Source: an uncultured Oscillospiraceae bacterium (GTDB lineage Bacteria > Bacillota > Clostridia > Oscillospirales > Oscillospiraceae). From it: 64,000 nt of DNA. The first letter of the stretch is position 1. Each line of letters starts with the position of its first letter. Both the position numbers and the translations under genes were made by a program. The notes under the pieces were generated by a model, which had not been told where the DNA came from, made no database searches, and was given only the letters and a program-made list of their open reading frames with translations. Positions 36,714-44,783 of this stretch are shown here, one piece after another. The stretch spans positions 9,599 to 73,598 of the forward strand of contig CAAFLE010000104.1 in assembly GCA_900763675.1 (NCBI GenBank), in the 5' to 3' direction.

Positions 36714-37357
36714 TCGTCGAAAAGCTCGTCGTCGGCTTTATGAAAACCAATTGCTATATCGTATATTCACCCGATGACCGCGGCTGTGCCGTGATCGACC
36801 CCGGCGGGGAAAGCCGCCGCATTTGCGCGGAGATGGAGAAGCGTGGGCTGACGCCCGACGCCATTTTGTTGACGCACGCTCATGCCGACCACGTGCGCGG
36901 ACTGTGGCACCTGTATGAAAAAACGGGAGCGTGTGTGTACATTCACACAAGGGAACTGGACGCAAGGATCAACATAGGTCCGTTCCGCTTCGTTCCGCCG
37001 CCGAAAACACACTTTATCCGCGAGGGCAGCGCGATCTGCGCTGGTTCGCTGCGCTTTTCGGTGCTGGAATGCCCGGGTCATACGCCCGGCAGCGTGGCGT
37101 ACCGGTGTGAGGATACGCTTTTTACCGGCGACACCCTTTTACATATGGGAAGCGGGCGCGTCGATTATCCGTGCAGCTCCCGCGAGGATATGATCGCCTC
37201 TCTTTCCCGTCTGTGCGGGCTTTCCGGCGATTACCGTATCTGCCCCGGACACGGAGAAGAAACGACGCTGGGCTATGAACGTGCGCACAATCCCGCTCTG
37301 CTGCCCGGCTCCGGATATTTTGATCCTCCCGACGAGTGGGAAGAAAAGCTGTTATAA
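36710..37357 (+). CDS. MBL-fold metallo-hydrolase (glyoxalase II-like)
   Basis: THAHADH metal motif and CPGHTPGS. The ATGA overlap with the MFS gene indicates the same operon. Confidence 0.85.
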   Translation: MIVEKLVVGFMKTNCYIVYSPDDRGCAVIDPGGESRRICAEMEKRGLTPDAILLTHAHADHVRGLWHLYEKTGACVYIHTRELDARINIGPFRFVPPPKTHFIREGSAICAGSLRFSVLECPGHTPGSVAYRCEDTLFTGDTLLHMGSGRVDYPCSSREDMIASLSRLCGLSGDYRICPGHGEETTLGYERAHNPALLPGSGYFDPPDEWEEKLL

Positions 37358-37364
37358 AAAAACC

Positions 37365-37401
37365 CCGGCTCCCACGCACAAAGGCGGCGGGAGCCGGTTT
37401 T
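37365..37401 (+). terminator. Intrinsic terminator closing the OFOR operon
   Basis: CCGGCTCCC ... GGGAGCCGG hairpin followed by TTTT. Confidence 0.65.
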
Positions 37402-37484
37402 CGATTCTTGTGGATTTTGCCGCTTTTCATTTGCCGCGGCGAGAGGTATAGTATCCGCGCAAATTTGGAAAAGGAGCGATTTGC

Positions 37485-38825
37485 GTGGACAGACCGTTAA
37501 CGGAGGGACGGGCGTTTCCCGTGCTGCTGCGCTTTGCGCTGCCGGTGCTTGGCGGAAACCTCTTCCAGCTTTTCTATACGCTTGCCGACACGGTCATCGT
37601 CGGAAAGACGCTTGGCGCGGACGCGCTTGCCGCCGTCGGTTCGACGGGCATTATCAGCTATTTCGTTCTCTGCTTTGTGCAGGGATTGACCGGCGGCTTC
37701 GGCATCTGTCTGGGACAGAGCTGCGGGGCGCAGGACGAGACCGGGATGCGCCGGAGCGCCGCGGTGTCATGGACGCTCTCGGCGATCTTCACGCTGCTGC
37801 TCACGCCGCTTGTGTGCGCTCTGGCACGTCCGGTGATGGTCTGGATGCAAACGCCGGAGGACATCTTTGCCGACGCCTATGCCTATCTTTTCGTCATTCT
37901 CCTCGGTACGGGTGCGACGGTCTTTTATAACATCATTTCCTATATGCTCCGCTCGCTCGGCGACAGCCGGACGCCGCTCATTTTCCTCGTGCTCTCGTCG
38001 CTGCTCAATATTGCGCTGGACATCCTGTTCATTGTGCCGTTCCGCATGGGCGTTGCGGGTGCGGCGTGGGCGACGGTACTCAGCCAGCTCCTTTCCGCGG
38101 TGCTGTGTACGCTCGTGGCGCTGCGGAAATACCCGGTGCTGCGCACGCGCCGGGCGGACTTCACCGGCTGCCGGAGCGCCGCCGTGCGGCACCTTCGCGT
38201 TGGGTTTCTCATGGGCTTTCAGATGTCCGTGATGTGCATCGGGCAGCTCGTCGTGCAGTCGTGCGTCAACCGGCTCGGCACGGCGGCAGTTGCGGGATAC
38301 ACCGCCGCGACGAAGGTCGATCAGCTCTCGGTCCTCGTCAACACAGCGTACCAGATCGCCATTTCCAGTTATGTGGCGCAAAATTACGGGGCGCACCGGT
38401 TCGACCGCATCTGTGATGGCGTCCGTGCCTCGCTCCTTCAGCTCGAGAGCGTCAACGTACTCATGTGCGCGGCGATGCTCCTTGGCAGAAATGCGATCGT
38501 TTCCCTCTTTATCGACGCGCCCACGGCGGAGATCGTGTCCTACGCCGGCGGGTATCTGCAAACCGTCGCGCCGTTTTATGTTGTGCTGGGGCTGCTCATC
38601 GTCTACCGCTCCACGGTGCAGAGCATGGGCAACGGCACCGCGCCGTTCCTCGCGTGCGTTGTCGAACTCGTCATGCGCATCGGCGGGGCGCTGGGACTTT
38701 CGCGCCTGCTCGGCTATACGGGCGTGTGCTTTTCCTCGCCGCTTGCGTGGCTCGGCGCAACGGCGCTGCTCATCCCGTTCTATATCCGGGAAATGCGCAA
38801 AGGGAAGAACGCCGCCGCCGCATAA
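37485..38825 (+). CDS. MATE-family efflux transporter
   Basis: FPVLLRFALPVLGGNLFQLFYTLADTVIVGK is a typical MATE N-terminus, and the protein has 12 TM segments. GTG start with AAGGAG upstream. Confidence 0.9.
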   Translation: MDRPLTEGRAFPVLLRFALPVLGGNLFQLFYTLADTVIVGKTLGADALAAVGSTGIISYFVLCFVQGLTGGFGICLGQSCGAQDETGMRRSAAVSWTLSAIFTLLLTPLVCALARPVMVWMQTPEDIFADAYAYLFVILLGTGATVFYNIISYMLRSLGDSRTPLIFLVLSSLLNIALDILFIVPFRMGVAGAAWATVLSQLLSAVLCTLVALRKYPVLRTRRADFTGCRSAAVRHLRVGFLMGFQMSVMCIGQLVVQSCVNRLGTAAVAGYTAATKVDQLSVLVNTAYQIAISSYVAQNYGAHRFDRICDGVRASLLQLESVNVLMCAAMLLGRNAIVSLFIDAPTAEIVSYAGGYLQTVAPFYVVLGLLIVYRSTVQSMGNGTAPFLACVVELVMRIGGALGLSRLLGYTGVCFSSPLAWLGATALLIPFYIREMRKGKNAAAA

Positions 38826-38840
38826 ATCGAGAACAAAAGA

Positions 38841-38888
38841 GCGTCCCCGGCGCGGCTTTGCCGCACCGGGGACGCCCTTTTGCTTTTA
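38841..38888. terminator. Bidirectional intrinsic terminator
   Basis: GCGTCCCCGGCGCGG-CTTTG-CCGCACCGGGGACGC followed by CCTTTTGCTTTTA, between convergent genes. Confidence 0.7.
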
Positions 38889-39224
38889 TTGGATCTCTTT
38901 TAGCAACTCCTCCGGCGTTGTGCCGAAGAGCTTCGCGAGCGCAATGAGATTCGCGGTACTCGGATCGGATGCGCCGCTCTCCCATTTAGACACCGCCTGC
39001 CGGCTGACGCCCAGTGCCTCCGCCACAAACTCCTGCGTCATTCTGCACTCTGCCCGGCGGCGCTTCAAACCCTCGCCGAGCGAGCTGGCACTCGCCGCTT
39101 TCTCCTTCCGCACCGGCTCGGAGCGGATGTATTTTCGCAGCGCACGGATGAGCAGCACGAACACATAAATGCCAACGGTCAAAATCGGGAGCAACACAAC
39201 GGTCGCAAGGATGGAAAAGCGCAT
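38886..39224 (-). CDS. Membrane-anchored XRE-family HTH protein
   Basis: N-terminal TM segment (FSILATVVLLPILTVGIYVFVLLI), then the HTH block MTQEFVAEALGVSRQAVSKWESG. AAAGGAGG lies 9 nt before the ATG at 39224. Confidence 0.8.
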   Translation of the reverse strand: MRFSILATVVLLPILTVGIYVFVLLIRALRKYIRSEPVRKEKAASASSLGEGLKRRRAECRMTQEFVAEALGVSRQAVSKWESGASDPSTANLIALAKLFGTTPEELLKEIQ

Positions 39225-39392
39225 AACCAACAACCTCCTTTTGCCGGCAATATAGCATCATACTGCCGGTTGCGACACCAACTATCGCTCAACTTTTCCG
39301 TTCGGTCAAGGTTCTTTTAAATAAAAAAGCTCCATCGTCCCGTGCAGAACTGTTTCCGGTCGCTTGATTTGCCGGAAAGCGGGCTTTTTAAA

Positions 39393-39665
39393 TTATAGTT
39401 TGTTCTTTGCTTTTAGGTTTTCCCATTCGATGCTGGAAATGTATTTTAAATTTGCCTCAAACGCCTTTCAGACATCTACCAGCACAGGTCGGTCCTTGCG
39501 CGTATCTGCGTTTTTCTTCTTTCGGTCAAATAATCCCAACAATTCCATTGCGTTTGCTCCTGCAAATTCCTATAATCTGATTCCATATTGAGCAAAAAAT
39601 TCATCCGGGTCGGTTACCAGACTGAAAGTACAGTCGAACAGTATGTCGTACAGATCGCTCCACTC
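39393..39665 (-). pseudogene. Degenerate AT-rich ORF remnant with two in-frame stops
   Basis: A single minus-strand frame reads EWSDLYDILFDCTFSLVTDPDEFFAQYGIRL(TAG)EFAGANAMELLGLFDRKKKNADTRKDRPVLVDV(TGA)KAFEANLKYISSIEWENLKAKNKL(TAA). There is no start codon. Its composition is far more AT-rich than the surrounding DNA. Confidence 0.35.
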
Positions 39666-39684
39666 TTTTTTTTTTTTTTTTTTT
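39666..39684. repeat. T19 homopolymer (A19 on the minus strand)
   Basis: 19 consecutive T counted at 39666-39684, directly abutting the degenerate ORF. Confidence 0.95.
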
Positions 39685-39733
39685 CGATTATTTTTGCGTT
39701 ATATAATTCGTCGCAAAGAATCCTATGTACAGC

Positions 39734-39768
39734 TGCCCCGTCCGAACCGCTTTGATTCGGACGGGGCA
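39734..39768 (-). terminator. Hairpin downstream of the threonine aldolase gene (no strong U-run)
   Basis: TGCCCCGTCCGAA ... TTCGGACGGGGCA, a 13-bp stem about 20 nt after the stop at 39790. Confidence 0.45.
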
Positions 39769-39789
39769 ATCATATCGTTATATATCGGT

Positions 39790-40827
39790 TCAGGCGTGGA
39801 TGGGAACGGCGTCGAGCAGCGCGTCGATGTCGGCGTCGGTCGTTGCCCAGCTCGTGCAGAAGCGCACCGCGCTCATGCCGCCGGGAAGCGACTGCGTATG
39901 GCTGCACGAGAACTCCGGCGCGAGTTTTTCAATGAGCGCGTCCGGGAGAATCGGGAACTGCTGATTGGTGGGGGATTCTACAAGAAAGCTCCAGCCGCGG
40001 GCGCGGAAGCCGTCGCGCAGACGCAGCGCGAGCCGCACCTCCTCGGCGCCGATACGGTCGTACAATCCGTCCTTGAACGCGGCGAGAAACTGTACGCCGA
40101 GCAGCCGCCCCTTGGCGAGCATACCGCCGTTCTGCTTGATGTAATAGCGAAAATCCTTCGCCAGCTCCGGCGCGGAGAACACCGCCGCCTCTCCGAACAG
40201 AAGCCCCATTTTCGTGCCGCCGATGGTGAACACATTGCACAGATGCGCCATCTCCGCAAGCGTATAGTCGCACGCCGGGCTGTGCAGCGCACAGCCGAGC
40301 CGCGCCCCGTCGATAAAAAGCGGGAGACGGCGCTTCCGACACACGGCGTAGAGCGCTTCCAGCTCGCTTTTCGTATACACGGTGCCGAACTCGCTCGGAT
40401 TGGAGATATACACCATGCCCGGCTGGACCGTATGCTCAAAGCTCGCGTCGGCGTAGTGGGCGCGGCACAGCTCCTCGACCTGCGCGGCGGCGAGCTTGCC
40501 GTCTGCGTTCGGTACGGTCAGGACCTTGTGACCGGAATTTTCAATCGCGCCGGTCTCATGCACAGCGATATGACCGGTGTCTGCGGCGACGACGCCCTGA
40601 TGCGGCCGGAGAATCGTGGCGATCACCGTGCGGTTGACCTGCGTGCCGCCGACGAGGAAATGCACCTCGCTCTCCGGCAGCGCACAGCGCTCGCGCAGCA
40701 GAGCGCGGGCGGCTTCGCAGTAGGTATCCTCTCCGTAGCCGGGTGTCTGGTCGCCGTTCGTTTCGATCAGCGCACGAAGTATATCCGGGTGTGCGCCTTC
40801 CAGATAGTCGCTTTCAAACCGTTTCAT
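39790..40827 (-). CDS. Low-specificity L-threonine aldolase family (PLP-dependent)
   Basis: MKRFESDYLEGAHPDIL, GYGED.YC and GGTQ.N blocks, plus GGTKMG carrying the PLP Lys. Confidence 0.85.
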   Translation of the reverse strand: MKRFESDYLEGAHPDILRALIETNGDQTPGYGEDTYCEAARALLRERCALPESEVHFLVGGTQVNRTVIATILRPHQGVVAADTGHIAVHETGAIENSGHKVLTVPNADGKLAAAQVEELCRAHYADASFEHTVQPGMVYISNPSEFGTVYTKSELEALYAVCRKRRLPLFIDGARLGCALHSPACDYTLAEMAHLCNVFTIGGTKMGLLFGEAAVFSAPELAKDFRYYIKQNGGMLAKGRLLGVQFLAAFKDGLYDRIGAEEVRLALRLRDGFRARGWSFLVESPTNQQFPILPDALIEKLAPEFSCSHTQSLPGGMSAVRFCTSWATTDADIDALLDAVPIHA

Positions 40828-41566
40828 TGTATTCCATCCTCAATAAAAATCTCTCTTTTTCGTCTGCGGTTCCCCGCACATATAGAGTACTATTATCGAG
40901 CGAATACGTCAACTCCGATTCCATGCCGCGGGGCATTTCCTTGCGGTAGTCGATCCACACGCTGCGCAGCGCGTGCGTGCGCAGAAACTCCTCCGGCAGC
41001 AGGTCCTGTCCCCAGCGCAGATACAAACAGTTGTTCAGATGCCCGTTGCCGTCGGTCTCGGCGTCCGTCACGCGGCGGGAGATATGCTCCGGCAGCGCCT
41101 GCGGAAACGGGATCGCCTTGAATACCGCAGGCAGCTCTCCCTCGACCGTTACCCGTACAACGCCCGCTGCCCATGCATGGTCCTTCGTGAGAGCGCGGGA
41201 CGCTATGTCCATAATGACCCAGATCGAAACAGCGTAGAGAAGCGCGTCGCCGTTTTCGGCGACGATGCGGTAATGCCGCCAGAACAGCCCGTGCGCGTGC
41301 CGCCCGACCCACGTATCCAGAAATATGCGCTCACCGATCTCCGGCAGCCGGGCGATCTTCATTTCCGTGCGGGCAAGCGCCCAGAAAGAGCCTTTTTCGA
41401 CGGCAACCTCCTGCCCGACGCCGAGTGCGGAATGATGCACGCCCGCAATCTCCTGAAACCGATAGGCAAGCGCGTCCGGACGCACACGGCGAAATGCGTC
41501 CGTCTCCTCCGGCGAAAAAGTGATCTCCTCCCGGTAAACGCCTTCCGGCAGAGCTTGTGCGCACAT
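40814..41566 (-). CDS. Acyl-ACP thioesterase family protein
   Basis: Double hotdog organisation with the DGNGHLNN block in the second half. GGAGG lies 7 nt before the ATG. It overlaps the aldolase start by 14 nt. Confidence 0.75.
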   Translation of the reverse strand: MCAQALPEGVYREEITFSPEETDAFRRVRPDALAYRFQEIAGVHHSALGVGQEVAVEKGSFWALARTEMKIARLPEIGERIFLDTWVGRHAHGLFWRHYRIVAENGDALLYAVSIWVIMDIASRALTKDHAWAAGVVRVTVEGELPAVFKAIPFPQALPEHISRRVTDAETDGNGHLNNCLYLRWGQDLLPEEFLRTHALRSVWIDYRKEMPRGMESELTYSLDNSTLYVRGTADEKERFLLRMEYNETV

Positions 41567-41768
41567 AATATAACCTCCACAACATATGAAGCATATTTCG
41601 GTTTATCTTGTGTTCTATATTAGCAGAGCTGGAAGAAGAAATCAATATACGGTTCGCCCGAAAGTGTTAGGGAACAACAGTCGCTGGATTCTGTCAGATT
41701 GGATATTGATTTTTGACGATAATGCCGTAAAATATAAAAGAGAAAAAGGGGAACAGGGGAGAAGAGAT

Positions 41769-41993
41769 ATGACTTTGGACAAACTGCGTGTAGGGCAGTC
41801 GGGGATCATCCGCAGCGTTGGCGGCGAGGGGGCGCTCCGCCTCCGGCTGCTGGACATGGGCGTCATTCCCAAAACGCACGTCACCGTAACGCGCATCGCT
41901 CCGATGGGCGATCCGGTGGAGGTATTTCTGCGCGGGTATACGCTCTCGCTGCGGCTGGAGGACGCCGCCAAGGTGGAGGTGGAGACCGTATGA
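41769..41993 (+). CDS. feoA: Ferrous iron transport protein A
   Basis: 74-aa SH3-like FeoA (LDKLRVGQSGIIRSVGGEGALRLRLLDMGVIPKTHVTV). The track ORF start at 41586 is too early. Confidence 0.9.
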   Translation: MTLDKLRVGQSGIIRSVGGEGALRLRLLDMGVIPKTHVTVTRIAPMGDPVEVFLRGYTLSLRLEDAAKVEVETV

Positions 41994-43975
41994 GATTCGC
42001 TCTCGCCGGAAACCAGAACTGCGGCAAAACGACGCTTTTTAACCAGCTTACCGGCAGCAATCAGCACGTCGGCAATTTTCCCGGCGTCACGGTAGACAGC
42101 AAAAGCGGCGTCATCCGCAACACCAAGGGCGACGAGGTCGTCGATCTGCCGGGCATTTATTCGCTGCGCCCATACTCCGCCGAGGAGATCGTGACACGCG
42201 ATTTCATTCTGGACGGAAAGCCTGACGGCATCATCAACATTGTAGACGCCACGAACATCGAGCGCAATCTTTATCTCACACTGCAAATGATCGAGATGCA
42301 GGTGCCGATGGTGCTGGCGCTGAACATGATGGACGAGGTCCGCGCCAACGGCGGCACGATCGACACCGTGAAGCTCTCGGAGCTGCTCGGCATCCCGGTC
42401 GTACCGATCAGCGCGGCAAAGGGGGAGGGCATTGCCGATCTTACGGCGCTTGCCTGCCGCACGGCGGCGGATCGCCGCAAGCCGGAGGTTTACGACTTCT
42501 GCCCGCCGGGCGCGGTCCACCGGTGCATCCATGCCGTGACGCACGTGGTCGAGGATCATGCTGAGCGGGCGCGGATGAGTCCGCGCTGGGCGGCGATGAA
42601 CGTCATCGAGGGCAACGGCGACATTGTGGCGCGGCTGGCGCTGGACGAGAACGAGCTGGAGCTGTGCGAACACAGCATCGTGGAAATGGAGCGCGAAACC
42701 GGTCTTGACCGCAACGCCGCCATCGCCGATATGCGCTACTCGTTCATTGAATCTGTCTGCGCCGAAACGGTGAAAAAGCCGGAGGAGAGCCGCGAACGGA
42801 AGCGCTCCCGCCGCATCGACAACGTACTTACGCACCGCATTTTCGCCCTGCCGATCTTTATCGGCATTATGCTGCTCGTATTTTATCTCACGTTTGAGGT
42901 CATCGGCGCGTTTCTCTCCGACCTTCTTGCGAGCGGGATCAACGCGCTTGCCGGTGTCGTGGATACGGCGCTCACGGCGTATGGGATCAACCCGGTCGTG
43001 CATTCGCTTGTCATTGACGGGCTGTTCGGCGGCGTCGGCAACGTGGTGAGCTTCCTTCCGGTCATCGTAGTGCTGTTTTTCTTTCTCTCCATGCTGGAGG
43101 ATACCGGGTATATGGCGCGTGTCGCGTTCGTGATGGACAAGCTCCTGCGCCGCATCGGGCTTTCCGGAAAGAGCGTTGTGCCGATGCTCATCGGCTTCGG
43201 CTGCACCGTTCCGGCGGTAATGGCGACGCGCACTCTTACAAGCGAGCGCGACCGGCGCATGACCGTGCTGCTCACGCCGTTTATGAGCTGCAGCGCCAAG
43301 ATCCCCATCTATTCCGTGTTCGTCGCGGCGTTTTTCCCAAAGTATAAGGCGCTTGCGATGGGCGGACTGTATTTCCTCGGCATTCTTATCGGCGTGCTTG
43401 CCGCGCTTGTATTCGGAAAAACGCTCTTTCGCGGCAACCCCATCCCGTTTGTGATGGAGCTGCCGAATTACCGTATGCCTTCCGTGCGCACGACGCTTCA
43501 GCTCATGTGGGACAAGGCGAAGGACTTTCTGCACCGCGCCTTTACCGTTATTTTCGTGGCAAGCCTTGTGATCTGGTTTTTGCAGACATTTGATACGCGC
43601 ATCAACCCCGTTTCGGACAATGCCCAGAGCCTTCTTGCCGGACTCGGCGGGCTGCTTGCCCCGCTCTTTGCCCCGCTCGGCTTTGCCGACTGGCGGGTGT
43701 GCACCTCGCTCATCGCGGGCTTTATGGCAAAGGAAGCCGTGGTCAGTACGCTCGGCGTTCTCACCGGCGGCGCGGCGCTCTCGACGCTCTTCTCCGTGCA
43801 GAGCGCGTCGGCGTTTCTGGTGTTCACGCTTTTGTATACGCCCTGTGTGGCGGCGGTCGCCGCCATCCGGCGGGAGCTTGACTCGGCGTGGAAAACGCTC
43901 GGCGTCGTGCTGTTCCAGTGCGCTGCCGCCTGGTGCTTCGGCGCTCTCGTCTACCGGATCGCGCTGCTTATCTGA
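41990..43975 (+). CDS. feoB: Ferrous iron transporter B
   Basis: N-terminal G-domain (ALAGNQNCGKTTLFNQLTG, DLPGIYSL, NMMD) and a polytopic C-terminal domain. Confidence 0.95.
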   Translation: MRFALAGNQNCGKTTLFNQLTGSNQHVGNFPGVTVDSKSGVIRNTKGDEVVDLPGIYSLRPYSAEEIVTRDFILDGKPDGIINIVDATNIERNLYLTLQMIEMQVPMVLALNMMDEVRANGGTIDTVKLSELLGIPVVPISAAKGEGIADLTALACRTAADRRKPEVYDFCPPGAVHRCIHAVTHVVEDHAERARMSPRWAAMNVIEGNGDIVARLALDENELELCEHSIVEMERETGLDRNAAIADMRYSFIESVCAETVKKPEESRERKRSRRIDNVLTHRIFALPIFIGIMLLVFYLTFEVIGAFLSDLLASGINALAGVVDTALTAYGINPVVHSLVIDGLFGGVGNVVSFLPVIVVLFFFLSMLEDTGYMARVAFVMDKLLRRIGLSGKSVVPMLIGFGCTVPAVMATRTLTSERDRRMTVLLTPFMSCSAKIPIYSVFVAAFFPKYKALAMGGLYFLGILIGVLAALVFGKTLFRGNPIPFVMELPNYRMPSVRTTLQLMWDKAKDFLHRAFTVIFVASLVIWFLQTFDTRINPVSDNAQSLLAGLGGLLAPLFAPLGFADWRVCTSLIAGFMAKEAVVSTLGVLTGGAALSTLFSVQSASAFLVFTLLYTPCVAAVAAIRRELDSAWKTLGVVLFQCAAAWCFGALVYRIALLI

Positions 43976-43986
43976 AAGGAAACCCT

Positions 43987-44136
43987 ATGACCGTTTTAGA
44001 CATTGTCATTCTGCTCGGCGTCGCCGTATGGGCGGTCGTTGCCGTAAAGCGCGGCTGGAAAAACCGGAAGCGCGGCTGCGGCGGAGACTGCTCCGGCTGC
44101 ACCGGCGGCTGTGAAAAAAAGGAGAACAAGCCATGA
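43987..44136 (+). CDS. FeoB-associated Cys-rich small membrane protein
   Basis: 49 aa, MTVLDIVILLGVAVWAVVAVKRGWKNRKRGCGGDCSGCTGGCEKKENKP: one TM segment plus a Cys-rich tail, immediately after feoB. Confidence 0.75.
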   Translation: MTVLDIVILLGVAVWAVVAVKRGWKNRKRGCGGDCSGCTGGCEKKENKP

Positions 44137-44783
44137 AAAAGAGCTGTGCCGCGCTGCTGGCGGGGATCTTCTGTCTGCTGCTGACGGCGTGCGGAGCGAC
44201 CAGCCCGGATACGCCCGCCCCGACGGCGGAGCCGACGGCAGCGGCGACCGCCGCGGCGGAGCCAACGCCGGAGCCGCCGGAAGCGCCGACGCCGGAGCCG
44301 ACCGCCGCGCCGCGCTTCGCCGCCGGGGAAGAAGTCGGGTATGTTCTTTGCGAAGGAAAGACCGACGGGGCAAAGGCGCTCAGCCGGTGGCTGCGTTCCG
44401 CGGGACGGGATGTCCTCGCCGCCTTTATCCCCGAGGGACTCGATACGCCCATGTATATACCGCTTCTCCCGGAAACGGCGGAGGAGGAGCTTCCTGCCGC
44501 GACGGATGAGACGCGCATTGTCCGCGTTGCAGCGGATACCGAGCTTCTGGAAAGCGGCATTCTCTCCGCGTGGCTCCCGGCGTTTGAAGCCGATACCGGC
44601 TTTATCGCCGAGGTTTATGCCGGAGACGCCGCCGTGCTTACCGCCGAAGCCGCCGCCGGGACGGCGGATGTGCTGCTTATGAAAACAACCGATGCTTCCG
44701 CCGCCGGCTCGATGACGCACTATCCGCTGCGGTACGATCTTATGACCACCATTTATTCTGTTATCGGAGGAGAAACGCCATGA
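44133..44783 (+). CDS. Lipoprotein with a partial TupA/PBP-like substrate-binding lobe
   Basis: Lipobox LLLTAC and a Pro/Thr/Glu/Ala linker. The remainder, VAADTELLESGILSAWLPAFEADTGFIAEVYAGDAAVL...GTADVLLMKT...IYSVIGG, resembles only the first half of tungstate/phosphate-type binding proteins. Confidence 0.6.
   Translation: MKKSCAALLAGIFCLLLTACGATSPDTPAPTAEPTAAATAAAEPTPEPPEAPTPEPTAAPRFAAGEEVGYVLCEGKTDGAKALSRWLRSAGRDVLAAFIPEGLDTPMYIPLLPETAEEELPAATDETRIVRVAADTELLESGILSAWLPAFEADTGFIAEVYAGDAAVLTAEAAAGTADVLLMKTTDASAAGSMTHYPLRYDLMTTIYSVIGGETP

Noticed and set aside
39704-39718. 15-nt exact match (CTTTGCGACGAATTA, reverse-complemented) shared with 54276-54290.
   Set aside because: A rough estimate gives a few chance 15-mer matches in a 64-kb window when both strands are considered. 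The flanks do not extend the similarity.
39643-41121. 492-aa plus-strand ORF starting in the T19 region.
   Set aside because: It is antisense to the threonine aldolase and thioesterase genes. Its N-terminus is poly-Phe from the homopolymer, and the rest is Arg/Ala-rich.
41660-41768. Possible Fur box in the AT-rich region upstream of feoA (ATTGATTTTTGACGATAATG).
   Set aside because: It matches the GATAATGATAATCATTATC consensus only partially, and I could not define a convincing 7-1-7 or 19-bp dyad by eye. It needs a PWM scan.
41642-43534. 630-aa minus-strand ORF.
   Set aside because: It is antisense to feoA/feoB.
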